Below, piece by piece: positions 17,031-28,368 of a stretch of 41,764 nt of DNA; the stretch's first letter is position 1; every line of letters begins with the position of its first letter. The translations under genes were made by a program, and so were the position numbers. The notes beneath the pieces were generated by a model that was not told the DNA's origin, made no database searches, and worked only from the letters and a program-made list of their open reading frames with translations. Source of the DNA: Patescibacteria group bacterium (GTDB lineage Bacteria > Patescibacteriota > Patescibacteriia > UBA11705 > JABHMO01); NCBI GenBank assembly GCA_018818405.1, contig JAHIRY010000027.1, positions 1 through 41,764 on the forward strand, written 5' to 3'.

Positions 17031-18509
17031 ATGATAGACCCATCAATCAAAGCCGCGATCAAGCAAATTTGCGCGGAAAAAGGACTTTCCGAAGAATCTG
17101 TCCTCGAAACAATCAATTCCGCATTGGCAGCCGCTTACCGAAAAGATTTCGGCGACAAAATGCAAAATATTCAGGCTGAATTTGAATTGGACAAAGGAAC
17201 AATAAAAATTTTCGATGTAAAAGAAGTTGTGACAGACCTGTCTCCCGAAGAATTGGCCGCAATGGAAGAAATGCGATTGAAGCGTGAAGCGATCAAAGAA
17301 GCGCTGGAAAAAGGAGAAATTACGCCCGAAGAATTGAAAAAACAGCGGGATGAAGAAGAAATAAAATCAGCTGAAGCAAAGGAAGAAAAAGCCGAAGGCG
17401 AGGAAGCGGAAGAAGAACGGCATTTCAATCCGAAAACGGAAATTCAAATTTCAGACGCGAAAAAAATCGATGAAAAATATGAAATCGGAGATTTTGTAAA
17501 AACCGAATTGGCAATTCCCGGAGAATTCGGCCGAATGGCAGCGCAAACCGCGAAGCAAGTGATCATTCAGCGACTGCGCGAAGCGGAAAGAAATATCATT
17601 TATCAATCATTCAAAGACAAAGAAGGCGAAATTCTCAACGGCATGGTTCAAAAAATCGAAGGCCGCAACATTATAATTGATCTGGACAATGCGACCGCCA
17701 TCATGCCGCCGTTCGAACAAATCAGACGGGAAAATTACCGCATCGGCGACAGAATAAAAATTCTGCTCGTCAGCGTTTCTCTCACAACCCGCGGACCGGA
17801 ATTGATCGTTTCTCGCGCCAGCACGGACTTTGTAAAAAAACTTTTTACTTTGGAAATTCCGGAAATCTCCAATAATACGATTGAAATAAAAGAAATCGCC
17901 AGAGAAGCCGGCTCTCGAACAAAACTTGCCGTATTTACGGCTGACGAAAACATTGATCCCATCGGATCATGCATCGGACAGCGCGGCGCCCGCATTCAGA
18001 CTATCATCCAAGAATTGGGCGGAGAAAAAATCGACATTATCGAATATAGCGAAGATCCGAAAAAATTCATTACAAATTCATTGTTGCCCGCTAAAATCAC
18101 AAGCGTTGAACTCAATGAATCTGACAAAACTGCGGAAGTCTCGGTTCCGCAGGATCAATTATCATTAACGATCGGACGCGCCGGACAAAATGTCCGACTC
18201 GCCTCGAAAATCACCGGCTGGACAATCAAAATAAAAGAAGCCGCGGCTGAAGCTCAACCGGAAACTGAAACAACCGAGAAAACGGAAGAACAGCCGGCAG
18301 TTGAAGCGGAAAAACCAAAGGCTAAAAAGAAATCCAAGAAAAAAGAAACTTCAGACGAAGCGGAATCAACGAAAACCGAGCCGGTTGCCGAGAAGAAATC
18401 CGCCAAGAAAAAGAAATCTGAAAAAGTTGAAGCGGAAAAAAAAGAAGAAGAACCGATGAAAGAAGCGGAACAAGCCGCGGAAACTTCAGAAGAAAAAATC
18501 GCTGAATAA
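17031..18509 (+). CDS. nusA: Transcription factor NusA with internal insert and charged tail
   Basis: FGRMAAQTAKQVIIQRLREAER, S1 domain, AREAGSRTK, IGQRGARI, IGRAGQNVRLAS. Start refined to 17031. Confidence 0.97.
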   Translation: MIDPSIKAAIKQICAEKGLSEESVLETINSALAAAYRKDFGDKMQNIQAEFELDKGTIKIFDVKEVVTDLSPEELAAMEEMRLKREAIKEALEKGEITPEELKKQRDEEEIKSAEAKEEKAEGEEAEEERHFNPKTEIQISDAKKIDEKYEIGDFVKTELAIPGEFGRMAAQTAKQVIIQRLREAERNIIYQSFKDKEGEILNGMVQKIEGRNIIIDLDNATAIMPPFEQIRRENYRIGDRIKILLVSVSLTTRGPELIVSRASTDFVKKLFTLEIPEISNNTIEIKEIAREAGSRTKLAVFTADENIDPIGSCIGQRGARIQTIIQELGGEKIDIIEYSEDPKKFITNSLLPAKITSVELNESDKTAEVSVPQDQLSLTIGRAGQNVRLASKITGWTIKIKEAAAEAQPETETTEKTEEQPAVEAEKPKAKKKSKKKETSDEAESTKTEPVAEKKSAKKKKSEKVEAEKKEEEPMKEAEQAAETSEEKIAE

Positions 18510-18557
18510 ACTTTCATTCGAAAAAATTAATTTTATTTTTCCAATTACTTCACAATT

Positions 18558-19295
18558 ATGATTCAACTTTTTAACACGGTTCTATATCAGCCCATTTACA
18601 ATTTGCTGGTTTTTCTCTACAACATTGTGCCGGGCAATGACATCGGACTGGCGATCATCGCGCTCACAATTATAATAAAAGTAATCTTATATCCATTCGG
18701 AGTTCAGGCGATAAAAGCGCAAAAACAATTGCAAGACATTCAGCCTAAACTAGATGAATTGAAATCAAAACACAAAGACGACAAAGAAAAGTTGGCATCG
18801 GAAACAATGAAAATTTACAAGGAACAAAAAGTAAATCCGCTGTCTTCCTGTCTGCCCCTGCTAATTCAATTTCCATTTCTGATCGCGGTTTATCACGCTT
18901 TTCGCACCGGTCTGGCGTCCAGCGATTTGAACCTGCTCTATTCATTCGTGCCAAATCCCGGACACATCAATTCGATTTCAGCCGGAATTATCGATCTGGC
19001 CGTTCCCAGCATTCTCCTCGCCGTTCTGGCCGGAGCCGCGCAATTCGTTCAGACAAAAATGATGCCGATGGCTCAGCCGAAAATAAAAACGGACGCGTCA
19101 AAAGACGAAAGCATGATGGCGAGCATGAACAAAAGCATGTTGTATTTCATGCCGGTAATGACAATAATAATCGGAATAAATCTGCCGGCCGGACTGACTC
19201 TTTATTGGCTACTGACAACAGTATTAACAACGGTTCAGCAAAAAATTCTTTTCCGAAAAAAACAAAACATGACGACAATAGTCGAAGCAAAATAA
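18558..19295 (+). CDS. yidC: YidC/Oxa1 membrane insertase
   Basis: NPLSSCLPLLIQFP, PAGLTLYW. Confidence 0.95.
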   Translation: MIQLFNTVLYQPIYNLLVFLYNIVPGNDIGLAIIALTIIIKVILYPFGVQAIKAQKQLQDIQPKLDELKSKHKDDKEKLASETMKIYKEQKVNPLSSCLPLLIQFPFLIAVYHAFRTGLASSDLNLLYSFVPNPGHINSISAGIIDLAVPSILLAVLAGAAQFVQTKMMPMAQPKIKTDASKDESMMASMNKSMLYFMPVMTIIIGINLPAGLTLYWLLTTVLTTVQQKILFRKKQNMTTIVEAK

Positions 19296-19296
19296 A

Positions 19297-19608
19297 ATGA
19301 TTATCAACTTTCAAAAATTAAAAAACTTGCCGGTGGAAACGGAAAAAGGCATTCACCTCGGAGATCTTATCGACATTGAAATCAATGTCAACGACCATTC
19401 GATAACGAAATATCTGGCCAATGACAAAAAATATTTGATTACCGGAAATAAATTTCTCATTTCTCCGGAACAAATCATCAGCATTTCCGAAGAAAAAATC
19501 ATTGTGGCTGACAACACGGTTCTGAGCGAAGAACAAGAAAAAGCAACGCCAGCGCTCAATGTGGAAGAAGCGGGAATAATCAACGCAAAATTGGAAAACC
19601 GGTTATGA
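19297..19608 (+). CDS. PRC-barrel domain protein
   Basis: LPVETEKGIHLG.L.DIEI..I.SI.EEKIIV. Confidence 0.8.
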   Translation: MIINFQKLKNLPVETEKGIHLGDLIDIEINVNDHSITKYLANDKKYLITGNKFLISPEQIISISEEKIIVADNTVLSEEQEKATPALNVEEAGIINAKLENRL

Positions 19609-19609
19609 T

Positions 19610-20596
19610 ATGCGAAAAATTGAAAAAAACATTTCAGAAACTCTCGCGTATTTCAACCTTTTCCAAATGCCGCTGACATCATGGGAAATATACAAAAATC
19701 TTTTTAATCCCGAGAAAAATTATTTTTTTTCCGAAATTCTGGAAACATTGGAAAACATGAAAAATAAAAGTCTTCACGAACAAGAAGGCTTTTATTTTTT
19801 TGCCGGAGAAGAAAAAAATATCGCGATTCGAAAAGAGCGATATCTCATTGCAAATGAAAAAATAAAAAAAGCGCGCCAATATTTGCGACTCATCGGAATT
19901 CTGCCGTTCGTTCGCGCGATTTTCATCTGCAATGATCTCGGCTATCTTAATGCTCCGGAAGGAAGCGACATTGATCTGGCAATCATCGCGAAAAAGAATA
20001 GAATTTGGACGGCAAGATTTTTTTCAACTCTGCTCATGGCTATTCTCCGAAAAAGACCAACAGCAAAATCGCGCAAAAATAAAATTTGTCTGAGTTTTTA
20101 TATAACTGAAGACAATCTGAGTCTGGAAAAAATCGCATATGAAAATGACATTCATTTCGTTTATTGGATCAATCAATTCATGCCGATTTTCCAAATGGAA
20201 AATCTGGCTGAACGGTTCTCAACGGAAAATGAATGGACGCGCCGATTTCTGCCACATTCATATCCCCACAAAACAAATGATCGCTGGTCAATAAAAATAA
20301 ATTCTTTCGCAAAAAATACAATGGAATTTTTCATCAAAGGAAAACTCGGAGATTTGCTCGAAACAATCTTGAAAAAAATCCAACTGAAACTTTTTCCCCG
20401 AACACTGGAGCTTAAAAAACTTGAAGAAAATACGGATGTAATTATCAATGACAAAATTCTGAAATTCCATTGCAAAGATTGCCGGCTGGAAATCAAGAAA
20501 AATTGGAAAGAAAAAACCGGCCGAAATGTTATCCGGCCGGATTATTTTCCCCTTGATTCAAAAAGTTCGGCAGCGCGAGAAGTCAAAACTCTTTGA
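19610..20596 (+). CDS. Nucleotidyltransferase-fold hypothetical protein
   Basis: LPFVRAI..SDIDL..RIWTAR..KICLSF. Confidence 0.7.
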   Translation: MRKIEKNISETLAYFNLFQMPLTSWEIYKNLFNPEKNYFFSEILETLENMKNKSLHEQEGFYFFAGEEKNIAIRKERYLIANEKIKKARQYLRLIGILPFVRAIFICNDLGYLNAPEGSDIDLAIIAKKNRIWTARFFSTLLMAILRKRPTAKSRKNKICLSFYITEDNLSLEKIAYENDIHFVYWINQFMPIFQMENLAERFSTENEWTRRFLPHSYPHKTNDRWSIKINSFAKNTMEFFIKGKLGDLLETILKKIQLKLFPRTLELKKLEENTDVIINDKILKFHCKDCRLEIKKNWKEKTGRNVIRPDYFPLDSKSSAAREVKTL

Positions 20597-21001
20597 TTCG
20601 CCCTTGTATGAAATCGATCCTCCGATTCGATCATTGATGGGAGCGTGCGCAATGGAAACGGAAATATTCGGCTCCAGACGTTGGACAGATCCTTCGCATC
20701 CATTGATATCGTAGGAAATGTCGCTGATCGACGCGCGACTTTGATTGAAAATTTTTATCCCGTTTTTATCAGCTGAAATTTCCATTTCATCCCATGAATA
20801 TTGGCAGAGGAGCTGACGCTCGAAATTTGATTCTTCGGCTGCCTCATCGATAAAATAGATAAAAAAGAAAATCAAAACAAATACTAAAATAAACGGCCAT
20901 ATTCCAACAGCTGAAATTCCGCGAAAACCATGATTTTTCAGCGACAGCGCCAGCCCCGCTAACAACAAAACCAAACTCAAAGTTATAAGATAACTTGCCA
21001 T
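20558..21001 (-). CDS. Orphan 2-TM membrane protein
   Basis: GGAGGT SD before ATG 21001; two hydrophobic helices then a soluble domain. Confidence 0.7.
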   Translation of the reverse strand: MASYLITLSLVLLLAGLALSLKNHGFRGISAVGIWPFILVFVLIFFFIYFIDEAAEESNFERQLLCQYSWDEMEISADKNGIKIFNQSRASISDISYDINGCEGSVQRLEPNISVSIAHAPINDRIGGSISYKGESKSFDFSRCRTF

Positions 21002-21051
21002 GATAAACCTCCGTTGTTCATTCGTTAGTGGTTGCGGTGAAAGATTCCCTT

Positions 21052-21504
21052 TTATCGTTTTGCGATTTTCTCGCATTTCTTGAAATTCAACTCAAATTCA
21101 AGTTCTCCCGTTCTCAACGTTGCGGTTGGAAGCGATCGTATCCAGCTTTGATCGCTCACGAATATTCTGCCGCCTTCCGGCAAATTCGCGTCAATTTTCG
21201 CTGAACCGCGATCCAGAAACACCGGTTTTTCTTCCTTCCCGGTATTTTCCACCAGCAATACTTCTTGAACGGAAGTTATTTTCAACCCGTTTTCATGAAA
21301 AATACATTGTCCGCCCAGCATTTCCGGGGACAATTGCATTAAAACAACCAAATGCATCGCCAGAGACAAAAACTCCACGACCAATCCTGAGGTCAGAAAA
21401 CAATGGCGCAGTCCGTGCATTACTCTGCTTCTCTTGCAGAATAGAAACGTTGCGACAAGAAAAAAACCCAACATTTCGAAAATCACGATTCCCCAGCTGA
21501 TCAT
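21052..21504 (-). CDS. Orphan 2-TM membrane protein
   Basis: AAGGAGG SD before ATG 21504; TTGACA-17-TACATT upstream. Confidence 0.7.
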   Translation of the reverse strand: MISWGIVIFEMLGFFLVATFLFCKRSRVMHGLRHCFLTSGLVVEFLSLAMHLVVLMQLSPEMLGGQCIFHENGLKITSVQEVLLVENTGKEEKPVFLDRGSAKIDANLPEGGRIFVSDQSWIRSLPTATLRTGELEFELNFKKCEKIAKR

Positions 21505-21580
21505 GCGTCCTCCTTTTTCACGCAAATTGTCAAAAAACCATTGATTTAATGTATAATGAATATAATTAATTGTCAATCCT

Positions 21581-22876
21581 ATGCAAAAACTAAAACAAAT
21601 CATCGATTATCTTATTTATCTTCTGATTTTTCTCCTTCCTCTGCAAACGCGCTGGATTTATCATGAAGGAATATTGAACGGAGAACCGTGGGAATACGGC
21701 GCATTTTCCCTGTATGCCACGGAAATTCTGTTCGGCGTTATTTTGATTCTCTCCATAATTCATCTGATCGGAACATGGAAATCGAAATTTTCAAAGCCGG
21801 ATAAACGAAGAATTTTCCGCGTTTCCATTTTGATAATTTTTATCTTATTTTTCATTCTCAACGCTTTTTTCGCGATCAACTCTTCCATCGCTATTTACAA
21901 ATTCGTCCAGCTCATTCTCGCAACCGCTTTTTTCATAATAATTTTAATCAGCCGGCTTGATCTCAAAAAAATTTCCTGGGCGATCGCGCTGAGCGCCCTG
22001 TATCAAAGCATTGTCGCGATTCAGCAATTCATCGGACAGAAAGTTATTGCCAATAAATGGCTGGGAATGTCAGCGCAAGATCCGGCAACGCTCGGAGTTC
22101 CGGTGATCGAATCAGCTGGAATTCGCACGCTTCGCAGTTTCGGCACAATGCCGCATCCGAATATTTTGGCCGGATTTCTTCTCATCAGCTTAATAGTTAT
22201 CATCGGTTTGTACGCCATGACAAAAATTTCCAAACGAAAAAAACTATTGCAGCTTTTATTCACAATAAATTTCATCGGACTGCTCACCGCTTTTTCCCGC
22301 TCAGCCCTTCTGGCTTTTGCTGTCGTCACAATTTTCATGGCTTTTTATTTCAGCAAAGACAAAATCATGAGTCGCGCGACAACCAAATTCATCATCATCG
22401 CGATTTTCATTTTCATATTATTTTCCGTTTCTTTTCCAAATCTTATGGCAGCGCGCGCGTTCGGCGAAGGAAGACTCGAAGTTCAATCCAACGCTTCCCG
22501 GCTGGAGCAATACAATGAATTCGCAAAAATATTTTCAAACCGTTGGCTCATCGGCGTCGGTCTCGAAAATTATTCCTTGGCGGTGAATGAAATCAATCCG
22601 AATCAGCCGGCTTGGAATTATCAACCGATTCACAATGTTTATCTGCTGATAATTACTGAACTCGGTATTGCCGGAATCGCAATTCTCGGATTGCTCGGAT
22701 TTATGATTTTCAAATTGATAAAACTTCAGAAAAACAAAAATTATTATCTTCCCTGCCTGGTCGCGCTCGGATTTCTCGCTCTGTTCGACCATTATTTATG
22801 GAGCTTTTATTTCGGAATAATGTTCTGCGCGCTGATCCTCGGACTGGCGCTAACCGAGCAATCGGGAAAAAAATAA
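21581..22876 (+). CDS. O-antigen ligase (Wzy_C) family membrane protein
   Basis: Multi-TM; R..GTMPHPNILAG, FSRSA, GVGLENY, PIHNVYL..ELG. Confidence 0.9.
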   Translation: MQKLKQIIDYLIYLLIFLLPLQTRWIYHEGILNGEPWEYGAFSLYATEILFGVILILSIIHLIGTWKSKFSKPDKRRIFRVSILIIFILFFILNAFFAINSSIAIYKFVQLILATAFFIIILISRLDLKKISWAIALSALYQSIVAIQQFIGQKVIANKWLGMSAQDPATLGVPVIESAGIRTLRSFGTMPHPNILAGFLLISLIVIIGLYAMTKISKRKKLLQLLFTINFIGLLTAFSRSALLAFAVVTIFMAFYFSKDKIMSRATTKFIIIAIFIFILFSVSFPNLMAARAFGEGRLEVQSNASRLEQYNEFAKIFSNRWLIGVGLENYSLAVNEINPNQPAWNYQPIHNVYLLIITELGIAGIAILGLLGFMIFKLIKLQKNKNYYLPCLVALGFLALFDHYLWSFYFGIMFCALILGLALTEQSGKK

Positions 22877-22877
22877 T

Positions 22878-23879
22878 ATGAATAAAATTTCTGAAAAATA
22901 TTTCGGCAAGCACACTTTTCATCCTGATATAAAAAAAATCACTGCCCAAACAATCGATGAAACCGGATTCAAAATCAAAAAGGAAATCTGGCGCGGCATT
23001 ATTTATGACAAAAATAAAGTCGGCAGTTTGATTTATTCAGGCGAATATAATGCAAAACCGGCAATTCTAAAAATTCAAGGTTTGAAACCGGAGATTGACG
23101 AAATTGATATTTTCAATCTATTCAAAAAAAATAATCTCAGCGCAAAAATAAAACTTCCGGAATTATTCGCCAAGAAAAAATATTCACGAAAAACCGGATT
23201 CGGCTATTTGATCATGGAAAATATTCCGCAAAAGAAAATTTTTGCGCCTCCATTTGCTTCGGAAAAACAAATCAAGCTGTTTTGTGAATTTTACAATGAA
23301 TATCGCGAAAAAGTTTTTGCGGTTCCCTGGTGGAAAAATAGTATCAATACTGAAAAATTCATCTTGCAGAGACTGGCGGGCTGGATCAAAATCAGCAAAC
23401 ACAAAAAATTTTGGGATGAAAATCTCCAAGGAATCCGCGTAAAACAATTCAGAAAAATCATCAAAGCAAATTCCGATAAAATACCCATGGTCTTCTCCCG
23501 CGGACATCTGTCTTGCAATGATCTGTATCTTCAAAAAAACAAATTCGTTCTTCTCTCAAATTTATTCTGGAGCTGGCGGCCGAAATATTATGATCTGGCG
23601 TTCAATCTCTGGGCGTGTCTGTTAAAACTTCCGGCTGATTATTCATTTGAAAAAACGATTCTCTTTTTGGAAAAATGGATTACGGCTTATCGCTCCATTC
23701 CATGGATAAAAAAACAAAAAGATTTTGATGAAATTTTTTATATTTTATTGCTGGAAAGATTGCTCGGATCTCTTGTCATCGATGTTCGCGCGGGCAATCA
23801 ACCGAAAAGTGAACAAAAAAAACTTTTTGAACTTCATTTGAAACTTTTTGATTATTTTGCTAAATTAATTCAAGGGTAA
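22878..23879 (+). CDS. APH/kinase-like fold protein with atypical catalytic motifs
   Basis: AILKIQ, P.L, LIME, FSRGHLSCNDL, YDLA. Confidence 0.6.
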   Translation: MNKISEKYFGKHTFHPDIKKITAQTIDETGFKIKKEIWRGIIYDKNKVGSLIYSGEYNAKPAILKIQGLKPEIDEIDIFNLFKKNNLSAKIKLPELFAKKKYSRKTGFGYLIMENIPQKKIFAPPFASEKQIKLFCEFYNEYREKVFAVPWWKNSINTEKFILQRLAGWIKISKHKKFWDENLQGIRVKQFRKIIKANSDKIPMVFSRGHLSCNDLYLQKNKFVLLSNLFWSWRPKYYDLAFNLWACLLKLPADYSFEKTILFLEKWITAYRSIPWIKKQKDFDEIFYILLLERLLGSLVIDVRAGNQPKSEQKKLFELHLKLFDYFAKLIQG

Positions 23880-23907
23880 TTGTTCTCTCAAAACAAAGGA
23901 GCCGAAA

Positions 23908-24471
23908 ATGAAAGAAAAACATGGCGCCGCGATTCTCGGTTATGGAGTACCGCCGGACATTTTCAAGGATGGAAATTACAACCGCTACCTGGAGAATGCC
24001 TGGCTGGCGATCAATCTCAGCCAATGCGAGGAATTACTTCTGAGCGGCGGACATACAAATATTCATTATCCCGAAAAATCGGAAGCCGAAGAAATGCACA
24101 AGTATTTGATGACAATACCGGGATTCAGAGAATCCGGAATCATCGTTTTCAAAAATGAAGATTCCATCACCAGCTGGGAAAACATCAAATGGATTGATTG
24201 CATGATACGCGAAAATTCTCTCACTCACATCACTATTCATGGCGAGTTTTCACGCCGACGCAAAGTCAGGCTTCTCTGTCGCAGAATCCTTTCGCGCCAA
24301 GTCAAGGCAACTGTGAACGTCATTGATTTCGACCGCTCGCGAACGATTTTTTCCGATCTGAAGCAAATGATTGATTTTTTCGCCACTTTGTTGCAATTCA
24401 TGTTTCCAAAAATTCGCGACCTTCGCCATTGGCGGCAAATGCGCCATATCAAAAAAGTTTCACAACCGTAA
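23908..24471 (+). CDS. YdcF/DUF218-like protein
   Basis: ILGYG, LLSGGHT, SEAEEM, EDSITSWENI; AAGGAG SD; promoter TTGAAA-17-TAAATT at 23838-23866. Confidence 0.75.
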   Translation: MKEKHGAAILGYGVPPDIFKDGNYNRYLENAWLAINLSQCEELLLSGGHTNIHYPEKSEAEEMHKYLMTIPGFRESGIIVFKNEDSITSWENIKWIDCMIRENSLTHITIHGEFSRRRKVRLLCRRILSRQVKATVNVIDFDRSRTIFSDLKQMIDFFATLLQFMFPKIRDLRHWRQMRHIKKVSQP

Positions 24472-24483
24472 AAAACAATTTCC

Positions 24484-24511
24484 AAGGCTGTCTAACAGCC
24501 TTTCTTTTTTT
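24484..24511 (+). terminator. Intrinsic terminator
   Basis: AAGGCTGT-CTA-ACAGCCTT followed by a T tract. Confidence 0.75.
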
Positions 24512-24589
24512 CCGAAAAATGTCATAAAATAAATCGCCGGACCAAACTTGACGAACAGCGGTTTTTTATTATAAGATTGTGATTGCAAA

Positions 24590-24616
24590 ATAGCGCTCGA
24601 AATTATTAATTGCTAA
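24590..24616. promoter_or_regulatory. Degenerate CIRCE (HrcA operator) upstream of groES
   Basis: ATAGCGCTC-N9-AATTGCTAA versus consensus TTAGCACTC-N9-GAGTGCTAA, 7/9 in each arm; TTGACG at 24548. Confidence 0.6.
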
Positions 24617-24676
24617 AACGGATATGAAGAATATTTAATTTAACCGAAATATTTTCATGTCTGCAAAATCAAAAAT

Positions 24677-24964
24677 ATGATCAAACCATTGAATGACCAT
24701 GTGGTCGTAAAACCGATCGCCAAGGAAGAAAAAACTTCCGCCGGAATTATTCTTCCGGACACCGTTAACAAAGAAAAACCCGAGCAAGGCGAAGTGATTG
24801 CCGTGGGACCGGGAAAATTGCTGGAAAACGGAACGCGCGCAACAATGTCAATTCAGCCGGGAGACAAAGTCATATTTACAAAATATTCTCCTCATGAAGT
24901 CAAGATCGACAAAGAAGAATATTTGATTTTGAGCGAAGCTGATATTTTGGCGGTAATTGAATGA
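24677..24964 (+). CDS. groES: Co-chaperonin GroES
   Basis: IKPL.D.V, GIILPD, GEVIAVGPG, DILAV. Confidence 0.98.
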   Translation: MIKPLNDHVVVKPIAKEEKTSAGIILPDTVNKEKPEQGEVIAVGPGKLLENGTRATMSIQPGDKVIFTKYSPHEVKIDKEEYLILSEADILAVIE

Positions 24965-26851
<1,887 letters not shown>

Positions 26852-26861
26852 AGCGAGCGGG

Positions 26862-26940
26862 TGCCAGGAAACCAGTGACCCGGGAACCAGGAATCCGGAT
26901 AGCCTGGTCCCCTGGTTCCCGGATAGCCTGGTAGCCTGAA
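26862..26940 (+). repeat. Degenerate 8-mer array forming a hairpin after groEL
   Basis: CCGGGAACCAGG (26880-26891) / CCTGGTTCCCGG (26911-26922); GGATAGCC units. Confidence 0.75.
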
Positions 26941-26958
26941 ATCACAACTAGCAAATTA

Positions 26959-27000
26959 AAAAGCGGCGACCCATGCTGGAGTCGCCGCTTATGTTTTTTT
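26959..27000. terminator. Bidirectional terminator
   Basis: AAGCGGCGAC...GTCGCCGCTT with A and T tracts. Confidence 0.8.
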
Positions 27001-27002
27001 CG

Positions 27003-27527
27003 CTATTTCCCGCCACCCGCGCTGACCATGACGCGAAGTTGCTCTCGTGACATGAGACGCACTGACGCAGTTGAAAAATGTTCATTCCAAAGAAGAATTT
27101 CTTCGCTTCTGATCCGCCCCCGCGCGAGCAGTTCCTGAACGATTTCAAAAAACTTCAGTTCACAAGCCTTCTCGAACCCATGAAAATTGAAATCCATGCT
27201 GAACGAATAAATCGTCGAAACCTCGCTTTCTTTGAGGCAAATTCTTTGTGAGATTCGATATGCCGGCAACTTCACATGCAGCAATACCACCTGAATATGA
27301 ATGACTTGGATGCCGCTGGAATACGCGCAATCCACCACACTCCGGATCATTTCGGGAATAACCGTGCGAACTTTCTCCAGCTTTTCGCTGCGATCGTCCC
27401 TCCGAATTTGCAATGCTTTAATTTCGCGGTCACAATCGAGAATTTCCTTGAGATACAATGATTCAGTTTCGAGGCAAATCTCCAAGTCCCTGAGACTACT
27501 CTTGGTCGGAGAATACATCTCTGTCAT
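27003..27527 (-). CDS. Orphan protein with N-terminal coiled coil
   Basis: GGAGGT SD at 27533-27538; TTGACA-17-TAATTT upstream. Confidence 0.7.
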   Translation of the reverse strand: MTEMYSPTKSSLRDLEICLETESLYLKEILDCDREIKALQIRRDDRSEKLEKVRTVIPEMIRSVVDCAYSSGIQVIHIQVVLLHVKLPAYRISQRICLKESEVSTIYSFSMDFNFHGFEKACELKFFEIVQELLARGRIRSEEILLWNEHFSTASVRLMSREQLRVMVSAGGGK

Positions 27528-27621
27528 GGCCCACCTCCAGCCGTCAACTGTTAATCAGGCACTCCACTAAATTAACCCGACAAAACAATTTTGTCAATCC
27601 CGCAATTCTCAATAAATAACC

Positions 27622-27668
27622 AAAAAAAAATTGTCATACTTCGACTGGCTCAGTATGACAATTTTTTT
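27622..27668. terminator. Terminator/REP-like hairpin, copy 1
   Basis: TTGTCATACT-TCGACTGGCTC-AGTATGACAA with A and T tracts. Confidence 0.75.
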
Positions 27669-27669
27669 A

Positions 27670-27903
27670 TTATACGATTCCCTTGCGGATCTTTTCAATT
27701 TCCTCTTCATCTTGTTTGCTTTGCTCTTCCGCCGTTCTTTTCAACTTTACTTTTTTACTTCCTTCAATTTCATCTTCCAATTCATTGATTCTCATGTTTT
27801 TTCCTTTCGTATATTCATCCAGCCAGTCCAGATATTCATCCAGTTCTTCATTCGACAATTTTTTAATTTCCTCGGAAGACAATAATTCCCATTCTTTTGC
27901 CAT
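27670..27903 (-). CDS. Small acidic hypothetical protein
   Basis: MAKEWELL.. E/K-rich; last gene of a co-directional cluster. Confidence 0.7.
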   Translation of the reverse strand: MAKEWELLSSEEIKKLSNEELDEYLDWLDEYTKGKNMRINELEDEIEGSKKVKLKRTAEEQSKQDEEEIEKIRKGIV

Positions 27904-27910
27904 AAAATTT

Positions 27911-28327
27911 CTAAATGTTAATTCCCTTTTCACTCAACTCTTCTTTGCTTTTCTTTATAATTTCCTGCGCTATCAATGCATATCTTCTCGCCGTTTCTCC
28001 TTGAAGTTTTTCTTTTTTCAATGCAGGCAAAATTCCGACAAGATCTTTGATTTCTTTCTTTTTGTCCGGCAAATTTCTGGCAATCAAGATTAACTTCGCG
28101 GCCACACTTCCAAATCCCGCATCTTTTACCGCATTGCTAAACGCTTCAATCTCATCTTCCAGTTTCAAATCCGCCGCTTCTTGCTCCAAACCTTCTTCTT
28201 TCGCACTCAGAACACTCGCTTCCTCGGTTAATTCAAACGCTTTTGCCTGAGGAGTTTGTTCTTTTTTCAATTCCGGCGCTTCTGCCGCCGTAGTTTCCTG
28301 TTTTGCTTGTGAAGTTTCATCTTTCAT
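27911..28327 (-). CDS. Acidic hypothetical protein
   Basis: Contains EAPELKKE and FELTEE motifs. Confidence 0.8.
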   Translation of the reverse strand: MKDETSQAKQETTAAEAPELKKEQTPQAKAFELTEEASVLSAKEEGLEQEAADLKLEDEIEAFSNAVKDAGFGSVAAKLILIARNLPDKKKEIKDLVGILPALKKEKLQGETARRYALIAQEIIKKSKEELSEKGINI

Positions 28328-28368
28328 AATTTGCATGTTTATAAATAATTCTCCGGTAAAATAATATT

